A stretch of 35,588 bases of DNA from Octopus bimaculoides (GCF_001194135.2 NC_069006.1:5905555-5941142), one strand, 5' to 3'; positions 22,700 through 33,413 are shown, numbered from the stretch's first letter. The notes: generated by a model from the letters alone, not told the origin. Program-made: numbers and translations.

Positions 22700-22866
22700 A
22701 TGTGTCTTTGTCTCCCCAACATCGCTTGACAACCGATGGTGGTGTGTTTACGTCCCCATAACTTAGCTCCTTTCATGTTGATATACTTAGATTCTAATGA
22801 ATCTTGGAACTGAGTTACAGATATATAAATTATGCTTTCATAAGAAGAAGTCAGACTGTGACATAA

Positions 22867-24206
22867 CCCTTTCGTTACTATATTTCTGACCAAAATACAC
22901 CCCTCATGAGTTTCAATTAAATTCTAAAATAATCATGAATTTAGACTAGTCTCATTAAACACCTGTAACTTTTTTATTTATCAACATATTAATGTGATAT
23001 TTGGAACATAATTAAAGAAAGGGTTCTTAATCAATTCTATTGCATAATTTTTGTCTCTGGGGTACTGCGAGTGTCTCTTACATGTAAATATTGGTTCAGT
23101 TTCACGAATCGTACTCGTTCATAATACTAGAAATATAGTCATCGCCAAAAGGTTCCTGATCNNNNNNNNNNNNNNNNNNNNNNNNNNNNNNNNNNNNNNN
23201 NNNNNNNNNNNNNNNNNNNNNNNNNNNNNNNNNNNNNNNNNNNNNNNNNNNNNNNNNNNNNNNNNNNNNNNNNNNNNNNNNNNNNNNNNNNNNNNNNNNN
23301 NNNNNNNNNNNNNNNNNNNNNNNNNNNNNNNNNNNNNNNNNNNNNNNNNNNNNNNNNNNNNNNNNNNNNNNNNNNNNNNNNNNNNNNNNNNNNNNNNNNN
23401 NNNNNNNNNNNNNNNNNNNNNNNNNNNNNNNNNNNNNNNNNNNNNNNNNNNNNNNNNNNNNNNNNNNNNNNNNNNNNNNNNNNNNNNNNNNNNNNNNNNN
23501 NNNNNNNNNNNNNNNNNNNNNNNNNNNNNNNNNNNNNNNNNNNNNNNNNNNNNNNNNNNNNNNNNNNNNNNNNNNNNNNNNNNNNNNNNNNNNNNNNNNN
23601 NNNNNNNNNNNNNNNNNNNNNNNNNNNNNNNNNNNNNNNNNNNNNNNNNNNNNNNNNNNNNNNNNNNNNNNNNNNNNNNNNNNNNNNNNNNNNNNNNNNN
23701 NNNNNNNNNNNNNNNNNNNNNNNNNNNNNNNNNNNNNNNNNNNNNNNNNNNNNNNNNNNNNNNNNNNNNNNNNNNNATTTTTAAAATCTTTTTCTGGTGT
23801 AAAATCATCCTCGCTGTCGCCGTCACTGCTTTCAGTTTTGGATACAGAAATATCCGATTCATTATCGTTCACCACGTGCTTTTGTAGCTCATTCATTCTT
23901 TTCTTCGATATCTCGATATCTTCTGTTGAAAAACCTTCAAATTCGGAATCACTGCTTGATAGCATGAAACACCTCTCCATCTTCAAAGTTGAAAAAAATC
24001 AACGCCGCAAAAAATGTGGAAAGAAATCTTCCAAAATTCACTGAGTTCAAATATCACACCAAACAATGTCGGAGACAATAACTAAACTGTTTGCAAAGTG
24101 AAATCAGGTGTTTTAACGAATGCACTAACGTGATTTGGGTTCAAGTATACATTTAAATAACAATGGGTACGCTCGGCAGGCTACGGCCGGGTTAGTAGCG
24201 AAAGGG
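22867..24206 (-). mobile_element. Internally deleted piggyBac-like DNA transposon
   Basis: Termini CCCTTTCGTTACTA (22867) and TAGTAGCGAAAGGG (ending 24206), flanks ataa / ttaa. A minus ORF start encodes an acidic Ser-rich leader (SSSDSEFEGFSTEDIE...ESSDGDSEDDF) like piggyBac transposase N-termini. The centre is an N gap. Confidence 0.75.
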
Positions 24207-24435
24207 TTAATTTGCTAGCCTTTGTTGAGCTGTCTGATGATAGGTAGCTGACTGACAGAGGCTAGCAGGCTGAAACTACAAAGTCCCCGTCAACTCTCGT
24301 CTTGTGTAAAAGTATAATAAATAGGTCCTCTGCAGAAAGAAGTGTTGAGTAATTCTTCTGTTCGGTGTTAAATTGTTTTTGCTATAATTTTGCATAGAAA
24401 CAAAACAATGCATGTGCTGGCACACACACACACAG

Positions 24436-24715
24436 GCCAACCAAAGCCTTGTGAGTGGATTTGGTAGACAGAAACTGAAAGAAGCCTGTTGTGTGTATAT
24501 ATATGTGTGTGTGTTTGTTCCCCCATCATTGCTTGACAACTAATGTTGGTGTGTTTCCGTCTCTATAACTTAGTGGTTCAGCAAAAGAAACCAATAGGAT
24601 AAGTAATATTTGTGCCTATGTCTGTGTGACAGTCTGTTTGACTAAACCCCTGCAAGGCAGTGCTCGATCATGACCGCAATCCAATGACTGTAACAAGTAA
24701 AGGATAAATGATAAA
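24436..24715 (+). mobile_element. SINE family A, 5'-truncated
   Basis: ggccaaccaaagccttgtgagtggatttggtag...tgactgtaacaagtaaaggataa. Confidence 0.8.
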
Positions 24716-26094
24716 TAGAAAATAAGGGACACCCTTTTTGGTTATGGCAGTTGGTGTACCTTTTGTTGTATGACTGCTTGATGACTGCCTACCTGGGGCT
24801 AAACAACAACGATCGTATGGCTGATCCTTCAAGGGGCCGGTGTTGGTATTTCTTCTTCATCTTAAAGAAGTTTATTGAGGGAGGATGGTGATGGTGGTGA
24901 AAGGATGCTGGGAAACGGGCTGTGACATGAAGCATCACTTCTTAACAGACTTTGCAAGGTTATATCTGACAGGAAACGTTTTAGTATCTGCAATTGAAAG
25001 AAAGGGAAGATTTGCTAAAGAGTAACCCTACATCTACCTATTCTTGAAACCTAGCTGCTGCTGCTGCTAACATCACTACTTTTATTACTACTACTACTAC
25101 TACTATTACTGCCCTATAAAACAAAAAAAACAGACGGAAGTTTTCTGCTCCAGACACATATGTGATGGTGCTGTTTGACACACACTCACACACACACACA
25201 CACACACTCTCTTTCTCATATATATATATAAAACATTTGTTTGTTCAGATTCTGAACAGAGTGCGAGTCTCACTCTTTGTCTCTCTCTGTCTCACACACT
25301 CTCTCTCTGTCTCACACACTCTCTCTCTCTGTCTCACACTCTCTCTCTCTCTCTCATCTCTCTTGTGAATGTATTCAGTAAAAGGCCTCTTAACTGATTG
25401 GCATGAAATCAGTCATAAGAAAACGGACNNNNNNNNNNNNNNNNNNNNNNNNNNNNNNNNNNNNNNNNNNNNNNNNNNNNNNNNNNNNNNNNNNNNNNNN
25501 NNNNNNNNNNNNNNNNNNNNNNNNNNNNNNNNNNNNNNNNNNNNNNNNNNNNNNNNNNNNNNNNNNNNNNNNNNNNNNNNNNNNNNNNNNNNNNNNNNNN
25601 NNNNNNNNNNNNNNNNNNNNNNNNNNNNNNNNNNNNNNNNNNNNNNNNNNNNNNNNNNNNTTACAGAAATGCCCTGTTCCTGGAAATTTTTCTAGAACAT
25701 GGAATTCTGTAATGTAAAACATATTCCCATGGAATTCCAAATGAATTGCCTTTCATGCAAGACAGCAGTCAATGGGGGAAATTAGGTTTTTGCATTACGG
25801 AATTACTAATACATGGAATGGCAAGATTTTTCAGGATGCCATGCTTCCACAATGTAGAAGGTTGGATGCCTCTACATTCAAATCTTCATCTGACTCCAGA
25901 TGGGCTGTCTCCTCTCTCTCTCTCTCCCCTCCCTCCCTCTGTCTCCCTCTGTCACTTTTGCCATTACTATAATGGCTTCTGTATCCATTGTTGCTGTAAA
26001 ACAATTTTAATACATTTTACCATCTTACCCCTTCCCCACCCACACATTCAGTCCCATCTTCTGTATAACACCACCTTGAAGGATTTTAGTCGAA

Positions 26095-26962
26095 CAAATA
26101 CCACCACCTCCAGGGCTTATTTTTTTAAGCCTTGTACTTATTCTATGGAAATTTAAAGGGTCAGCCTTGTCACGCTGAATATCCCCAAGAACTATGTTAA
26201 GGGTACACGTGTCTGTGGAGTGCTCAGCCACTTGCACGTTAATTTCACGAGCAGGCTGTTCCATTGATCGGATCAACTGGAACCCTCGACGTCGTAAGCG
26301 ACGGAGTGCCAACTTATTCTATCAGTCTCTTTTGCTGAACCATTAAGTTACGGGGACATAAACACACAAACACCAGTTTTAAGCAGTGATAAGGGAACAA
26401 ACACAAACACGTATATATATGTGTGTGTGTGTGTGCGTTGCTTAGCAACCACATGGTTCCGGATTCAGTACCACTGTGCGGCACCTTGGGCAAGTGTTTT
26501 CTACTATAAACTCGGGCCGACCAAAGCCTTGTGAGTGGATTTGGTAGACGGAAACTGAAAGAAGCCCGTCGTATACATATGTGTGTGTGTGTGTGTTTAT
26601 CAGTGTTTGTCTCCCAACATCGCTGGTGTGTTTACATCCACGTAACTTAGCAGTTTGGCAAAAGAGTCCGATAGGATAAGTACTAGACTTACGAAGAATA
26701 AGTCCTGGGGGGAGATTTGCTCAACTAAAGGCAATACTCCAGCATGGCCACAGTCAAATGACTGAAACAATTAAAAGAATACACACACACACACACACAC
26801 TCACGATGGGCTTCTTTCAGTTTCTGTCTACCAAATCCACTCACAAGGCTTTGGTCAGCCTGAGGCTATAGTAGAAGACACTTTCCCAAGATGCCACACA
26901 GTGGGATTGAACTCGGAACCATGTGGTTGGGAAGCAAGCTCCTTACCACACAGCCACACCTG
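26095..26962. mobile_element. Dense SINE cluster: family A pieces in both orientations plus a family B 3' half at 26157-26311 (+)
   Basis: Family A minus fragments at about 26095-26150 and 26313-26400 are split by the family B piece. Family A plus copy at about 26438-26780 and family A minus head at about 26803-26962. Confidence 0.8.
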
Positions 26963-27914
26963 TGAACAGATTTTAAATTTCTTTGTTTTTAATATAATAA
27001 AATCTTGAAAAAGCCTTCTGTAGCACTTTTAGCATTTTATTGAGTATATTGTGGGTTTAAAAAAAAAAAGGGTTAAAAATCACTGTCATAGATTATAATT
27101 TGAAGGAAATAAGCGTAAATCCCTCTTTCTTATGATTGTTTCACCATTTGGATGATGTGACGTCCCCTATCTTCTTCTATTGATAACAAAGAAAAACCNN
27201 NNNNNNNNNNNNNNNNNNNNNNNNNNNNNNNNNNNNNNNNNNNNNNNNNNNNNNNNNNNNNNNNNNNNNNNNNNNNNNNNNNNNNNNNNNNNNNNNNNNN
27301 NNNNNNNNNNNNNNNNNNNNNNNNNNNNNNNNNNNNNNNNNNNNNNNNNNNNNNNNNNNNNNNNNNNNNNNNNNNNNNNNNNNNNNNNNNNNNNNNNNNN
27401 NNNNNNNNNNNNNNNNNNNNNNNNNNNNNNNNNNNNNNNNNNNNNNNNNNNNNNNNNNNNNNNNNNNNNNNNNNNNNNNNNNNNNNNNNNNNNNNNNNNN
27501 NNNNNNNNNNNNNNNNNNNNNNNNNNNNNNNNNNNNNNNNNNNNNNNNNNNNNNNNNNNNNNNNNNNNNNNNNNNNNNNNNNNNNNNNNNNNNNNNNNNN
27601 NNNNNNNNNNNNNNNNNNNNNNNNNNNNNNNNNNNNNNNNNNNNNNNNNNNNNNNNNNNNNNNNNNNNNNNNNNNNNNNNNNNNNNNNNNNNNNNNNNNN
27701 NNNNNNNNNNNNNNNNNNNNNNNNNNNNNNNNNNNNNNNNNNNNNNNNNNNNNNNNCCACCACCATTTAACATAATTTCTAATTCTTGAATTTTCTCTTG
27801 CGAAATAATACACACACACACACACACTCTCTTTCTCACACACCCTCTTTCTCACTCACACTCCCTCACATAGTCATGCTCACACATACACTTACTCTCT
27901 CACTCACACATTTT

Positions 27915-27955
<41 letters not shown>

Positions 27956-28492
27956 GCAACTTGGTAATAAAAGATTTATGAAGCAGGCAAGGTTTTGCTT
28001 TAACTTGTCATTTGGAAGTGTAAAAGTCTGGTCTTCATTTAGTCTCAGTCAGAAATTACATGTGATTCTTTTGAGTTGATTAATTAATTGATTTCTCCCT
28101 GTGTATTTATTGATTTCTCCCTGTGTAGTTATTGATTTACTATATCTGATGGTATATAACACACTTTTGCTACCAAAAAACAGTCTCTAACTACCACCTT
28201 GGGTCCTATGTGTGAAGTTGGACCTATATTACATGCTTTAAGACACTGAAAACCATTTTTTATTCCTGGAAATTGGGTGCGTCTAAAATGCGCTTGCATC
28301 TTTTAGACCATCAAATGCAATACCTGTTGATCTATTGATCTGTTTAATCATCGACCTGTTGATCTATTGATAGGTCTAATCATTGATCTGTTGATTCGTT
28401 TGTTGGTCTTTCAGATTATGATCAGAATATATATACACAATATCTCTCTCTCTCTCTCCCCCTCTCTCTCTCTCTCTCTCTTTCTCTTTGCT

Positions 28493-28533
<41 letters not shown>

Positions 28534-28605
28534 GATATATTCTTTTGTTTGATTTATCCATCACGTGTTAAGCCATATTGGAGTATCATCTGTACATGCA
28601 TGCAC

Positions 28606-28897
28606 ACGTCTGTCTGTATGTCTATCAACCTGTCTATCTACCTATATGTCTGTCTATTTATCTGCTTGTCTATCAGTTTGTCTATCTATCTGTCTGTCTG
28701 TCTATCAACCTATCTCTCTACCTATCTATCTGCTTGTCTATCAGTCTGTCTATCTATCTGTCTGTCTGTCTATCTATCTATCTATATCTGTCTATCTGTC
28801 TGCTTGTCTATCAGTCTATCTATCTATTTGTCTGTATGTCTATCAACCTATCTATCTGTCTATCTATCTGCTTGTCTATCAGTCTGTCTATCTCTGT
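28606..28897. repeat. Compound (TCTA/TCTG)n microsatellite with ~69-bp higher-order period
   Basis: tgcttgtctatcagt recurs at 28663, 28731, 28801 and 28869. Confidence 0.85.
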
Positions 28898-28963
28898 CCA
28901 TCCAGCCATTGTTTCTGTATTTTGTTGTTTACTTGTCGTTTACCAATATGTACTCTGTTTCAG

Positions 28964-29093
28964 GTATTCCTCGCATCAATGGTCACACCAAACATGACCG
29001 CCACAGAGATCCTCGACAGATCTATGAATCTACGTCCATGCTCAGTAGTGATCTGGAATCTACTAGTTTCTTTGATTCAGAAGATGACAGCAG
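28964..29093 (+). CDS. DVL: Dishevelled internal coding exon, 130 bp, phase 1 start / phase 2 end
   Basis: Acceptor ctctgtttcag| and donor CAG|gtaccc. Encodes (G)IPRINGHTKHDRHRDPRQIYESTSMLSSDLESTSFFDSEDDS(R), matching the conserved Dvl motif MSSELETTSFFDSDEDD. Confidence 0.95.
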
Positions 29094-29334
29094 GTACCCC
29101 TTACCTCTCTTTTCCAATTTTTTTTTGTTTGTTTTAAACCAGCTGAACCCATACCAGTGAGGGTCATGGACGCTAAATGTTGATGATGATGTGGTTTTGT
29201 CCTGGGTTAGTGCTGATTAATTGGACATATGATAAAGTGTTTTCTCTTTGAACATAGTGTACTCAGGAATATGTTTGGTGTGTTATATCAGTTTTGTTTT
29301 GGTAACATGGTAACAGCTGATCAGAGCCTAATTT

Positions 29335-29960
29335 GGCATCTATATCTAGCAAGTTGAGCAGCTATATATCTGTCTACCCCAGGTCTCGGAGAGAAATTTT
29401 ACTAGGCAGAAGAAAACTGTTTTTGGGCCCTGGGTGGGATGTTTTAGAGAAATGCTTGTCAGATATTTGCATGGTCTTCCTTGTCTTTACAGGTTCCTCT
29501 TTGATTCTCCAGGTCCTTTTGCTGGCTCTTCAGGCCCTTCATGAGTCTCTAGGTTTTAGAGAAAAGCTCTTCGGTTCTGTTAGATATTCACTTGCTCTTC
29601 CTTGATTCTTCAGGCTCCTTTTCAGCTTCTATATCTAGCAGAGTGAGCAACCATATTAGGGCTCCTCACTGGGCCTCTGAGAGAAATTTTACTAGGCAGA
29701 AGAAAACTGTTTTTGGGCCCCAAATGAGAGATTTTAGAGAAATGCTTGTCAGATATTCACAAGGTCTTCCTTACCTTTACATGCCCCTTTCTGGTTCTCT
29801 AGGTCCTTTTGTTGGTTGTTTAGGCCACTCATGAGTCTCTGAGTGTTAGATTTTAGAGAAAAGCCTGTTAGATATTTACAGGACAAAACAAAACTGTATT
29901 TTGGCCCTGAGTATGTGGTTTTTGGGAGAGGCCCTTCAAGTATTCACACAGTCTTGGTTC
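29335..29960. repeat. Tandem duplication, ~290-bp unit, two copies plus a degenerate partial
   Basis: ctatatctagca at 29340 and 29629. gagagaaattttactaggcagaagaaaactgtttttgggccc is identical at 29389 and 29679. Confidence 0.85.
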
Positions 29961-30618
29961 TTCAGGCTCTAATGAATTTCTGAGCTTCTCTTTGGCTGTC
30001 TGGACCCTCGACTGACATAGTATTTGAGCTTCTCCTTTTATAGGCCTTCAAGTGACAGTCTTCATCCAGAAAACAGTGAATTTTCTCAACCAGCACTGAT
30101 GTTCTGATCTCCTTCTCCCCCTCATTGTCTCTCACCTCCTGTCTTCTGTCATTGAACCTCTTGTGTTAGCAAAAGAATTAAAACCAGAAAGAGCCCGGAG
30201 CATTGCATAAGTTTCAGTAGTCCCCCCCCCACCCAGTTTAACACAACTTTATTGCATAATGAGATTCCACATTGTCTTCATGCCCTGACTGCATTCTGCA
30301 AACTAGTCACTTTATTTCATGTTGCTTCAGTTCAATCAGCTGTAGAAATGAGTTGTTATGTCAGCCTTTGCCTTTCCCTTGGATAACATCAGTGGTGTGG
30401 AGATTGGGAGGCCGGTATGCATGGGCGACTGCTGGTCTTCCATAAACAACCTTGCCCAGACTTGTGCCTCAGAGGGTAACTTTCTAGGTGCAATCCCATG
30501 GTCATTCATGACCAGAAGGGGGTCTTTAATCTTACCCTTTATATATATATGTATATATAGACAAACACCCATGCATTCACATGTATATATCACACACTGC
30601 TTTGTCTATTTTGCACAG

Positions 30619-30712
30619 GTTTTCAACGGTCACTGACACAACTGCTAGGTCTTCAAAGTATGGCCGCCACAAAAGAAGACGGAAAAGACACAGACTCCCA
30701 CCTCTCAGCAAG
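30619..30712 (+). CDS. DVL: Dishevelled internal coding exon (basic region), 94 bp, phase 2 start / phase 0 end
   Basis: Acceptor ctattttgcacag| and donor AAG|gtaaga. Encodes (R)FSTVTDTTARSSKYGRHKRRRKRHRLPPLSK, containing the Dvl basic cluster (cf. RRHKRRRRK). In frame with both neighbours. Confidence 0.95.
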
Positions 30713-31192
30713 GTAAGACCATTAACTATGTTGTAAGAACAAGGTAAAACCACCGACTAGTGTAACAGCAATGTGAGCCCACTGACTGTTGTAACAATAA
30801 CGGGAGACAACAGACTGCTCTAACTAACTGTTGTAACAACAGAAGGAGACTATAGACAGCTCTTACAGCAAACTGAGACCGTTAACTATTGTAACAATAA
30901 GGTTAGACCACTAATTGTTGTAACAAAAAAGACAATAGACTGTTCTAATAGCAAAGTGAGACCACTGACTATTGTGATAGCAAAATTAGACCACAAGAAA
31001 GTGAGACAAAAGACTGCTCTAAAAGCAAAGTGAGACCACTGACTAATGTAGCAGCAAAGTTAGACCACTAACTGTTGTAACAACAGAAACAATAAACTGG
31101 TCTAATAGCAAAGTGGTACCACTGACTATTGTAGTAGCAAAGTTAGACCACTAACTGTTGTAACAACAGAAACAATAGACTGGTACAACAGA
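30706..31192 (+). repeat. Degenerate ~28-bp minisatellite with ~83-bp higher-order repeat, starting at the exon 3' end
   Basis: Consensus about agcaaagt(g/t)agaccact(g/a)actgttgtaac. The 83-bp HOR is visible from 31025 to 31108. Confidence 0.85.
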
Positions 31193-31877
31193 GACGATCT
31201 GAGATCAAATCCCTTGCTAAACAGCTGTGATTCAGGAATATCTTCATGTTATTTAACTCTATTGTGATTATGTTTGTAATGAAATATATACAATGTGTCT
31301 ATGGCTCTCGGTATATTGTGAAAATAACGAAGATTTGAATTTCATTAAGTTAATGTTTGGGGTGTAATTTCATTAAAAAAAAAAATTTTTTTTTTGTTGT
31401 ATGCAATTATGGTTTTTAATTAATTGTAAATACCTTTTAAAATTGGAAGATTTGTATCATAAGAAATAAAGACCTTCTGGGGGCAGGTAGGTGTCAAGAG
31501 GACTTCAACAATATATTAAAATGATTGACGTCTAATTAATATTTCCTTAAATTTGGGTTACTTTGATGTCACAAAAGATACATGAGTACATTAGATGCCT
31601 ACCAATTTCAACAGCATATATTTAAAAAAAAGAAAAGAAGTTTCCAGTGCATTTAAAGCTTGTTATATAGACCCAGCTTCAAATATAGGACTCAGAGTGG
31701 TTTATCTTGAGAAATGTCTTTGAAAAAAAAATCTATCAAATATGGTGTATATCTTTTTTCTTTATATTGTGTTTGTGTGTATGTATGTGTGTTTGTCATT
31801 TTATTTTAATTACTGTTTTGTATTTTTGGTTTTTCTAATTGGTTCAACCATTACTGTGTGTTTGTATTTCTTTACAG

Positions 31878-31947
31878 ACGTCTTCGTTTAGCAGTATCAC
31901 AGACTCTACTATGTCACTCAACATTATTACAGTCACGTTGAACATGG
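31878..31947 (+). CDS. DVL: Dishevelled internal coding exon (Ser/Thr cluster and start of PDZ), 70 bp, phase 0 start / phase 1 end
   Basis: Acceptor tttctttacag| and donor ATGG|gtgagt. Encodes [23 protein letters not shown], essentially the invariant Dvl peptide that precedes the PDZ carboxylate-binding loop. Confidence 0.97.
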
Positions 31948-32009
31948 GTGAGTACATACAAGATCTGCACATGGAACTGGCTTCATTCTAGAATTCTTTC
32001 TCGTTCTTT

Positions 32010-32010
<1 letters not shown>

Positions 32011-32041
<31 letters not shown>

Positions 32042-32253
32042 ATTCTACTAAAAGTACAAGGCCTGAAATTTTGGGGGAAGGGACTACTTGATTACATCAA
32101 CCCCAGTGTGTAACTGGTACTTATTTCATTAATCTTGAAAGGATGAAATGTAAAGTTGACCTGGGTGAAATTTGAACTCAGAATGTAAAGATGGATGAAA
32201 TGCTGCTAAGCATTGTGCCTGGAGTGCTAATGATTCTGCCAGCTCACTGCCTT
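32011..32253 (-). mobile_element. SINE family D with (TTA)n tail
   Basis: Reverse match to 33414-33637 (ggcagtgagctggcagaatcattagc...ctgagttcaaatttc...taagtaccagttacacactggggttgatgtaat). Confidence 0.75.
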
Positions 32254-32264
32254 CATGATAATAA

Positions 32265-32490
32265 TAATAATAACAATAATAATCAGCAACAGCATTTAAT
32301 GTCCATTTTCCATGCCAGTATGGGTTGGACTGTTTGACAGGATCCCCGCAAACAGAGGACTGCATCAGGCTCTGTTGTCTGCTTTGCCATGGCTTTTGTG
32401 GTGGAATACTTTTCCTAACATCAACCGCTTTACAGAGTGTACTGGGTGCTTTTTATGTGGCACCAACACCAGTGGGGTTGCCAAGTAACT
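32265..32490 (-). mobile_element. Diverged RTE-tail family copy
   Basis: tttaatgtccattttccatgccagtatgggttggac...ctgggtgctttttatgtggcaccaacaccagtg is a reverse match to the 13321-13716 type. Confidence 0.65.
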
Positions 32491-32896
32491 TGCGAGTGGT
32501 ACTGAGGGAGGTGGCTTTGCGCTGGTTGAGAGTTTAAAGTATAGCAAAGGGATAGAGATATAGGCAGTACTTGGAGAAGAAAGAAAGATAGAATTGAAGA
32601 GAGAGATAAAAGGCAAACAGAATGAGAGAGAGAAAGTGTAAGAGATATATCTGGGACTAACCCACAAGGTACAGTGGGGATGAGTATAAGTGGTACAGAA
32701 GGGACAAGGAGGGAGGTTTCAAAAGAGTGTTTGTGGGTAGGCATGTGAGGGAGAGTGGAGGGGCCTGCAATGGATGGTGATCACGAGTGGGAAAAGATGG
32801 ATTGTGAGGGAGTTTTGACAAAGGACAGAGTCTGTTGTGCAGTGGGGGCATAGCTGTAAATGACATACCTGTGTCGTCAGAAAATTTGTCAGTGCT

Positions 32897-33412
32897 ATGG
32901 TGACATGGCAGAACTGTTGGCATGCTGAGGAAAATGCTTTGTGGCATTTCGTCTGTCTTCAAATTCTGGTACTTATTTTCAAATTCTGGCACTCTGAGTT
33001 CAAATTCTGCTAAAGTTGAGTTTGTTTTTCATCCTTTTGGAGTCAAAAAGATAAGTATCAATTGAGCACTGGGGTTGATGTAACCGATTCCCTAAAAATT
33101 TCAGGCCCAGTACCTATAGTTTAAAGCAGTGCTTCTCAACCATTTTTTGCCTATGGACTGCTTTGATACCCATTTTACTTTGGTGGGGGAACCCCCAAAG
33201 GCATTCAATGTTTAAAAACTCTTAATATATTTTTATGATTAAATATTATTAGGAATTGTATAAAAAATGTTTAAATATTTTGTCTATTGTAAAAATATAA
33301 TCAGTTTAACCATATATCATATAAACTTTAACAACAAAATTTTATATGGACCTCCAAGGGCCATGTGAACCCCAGTTGAGAACCACTAATTTAAAGGGTC
33401 ATTATTATTATT
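32897..33412 (+). mobile_element. SINE family D copy whose tail is interrupted by a hAT MITE
   Basis: Head atggtgacatggcagaactgttggcatgc, B-box-like ctgagttcaaattc, ends in attattattatt after the MITE. Confidence 0.7.
33127..33388. mobile_element. hAT (Charlie-like) MITE, same family as 4718-4961 in opposite orientation
   Basis: TIRs cagtgcttctcaac / gttgagaaccacta. 8-bp target duplication gtttaaag (33119-33126) / atttaaag (33389-33396), 7 of 8 identical. Confidence 0.88.
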
Positions 33413-33413
33413 C

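Noticed and set aside
1209-27855. Long ORFs in the track that consist mostly of X (e.g. 1322-1981, 9218-10183, 19479-20564, 27130-27855)
   Set aside because: They are open only because they run through N gaps; the flanks translate microsatellites.
28230-28325. Possible Tigger/pogo-like terminal fragment
   Set aside because: Only a vague resemblance (ttgggtgcgtctaaaa), with no partner TIR or TSD found.
28492-29160. 222-aa ORF as a stand-alone gene
   Set aside because: The first ~155 codons are translated microsatellite. Only 28964-29093 is a real Dishevelled exon.
29333-29834. ORFs of 90 and 80 aa with mutual similarity
   Set aside because: The similarity simply reflects the 290-bp DNA duplication. 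No recognisable domain or splice context.
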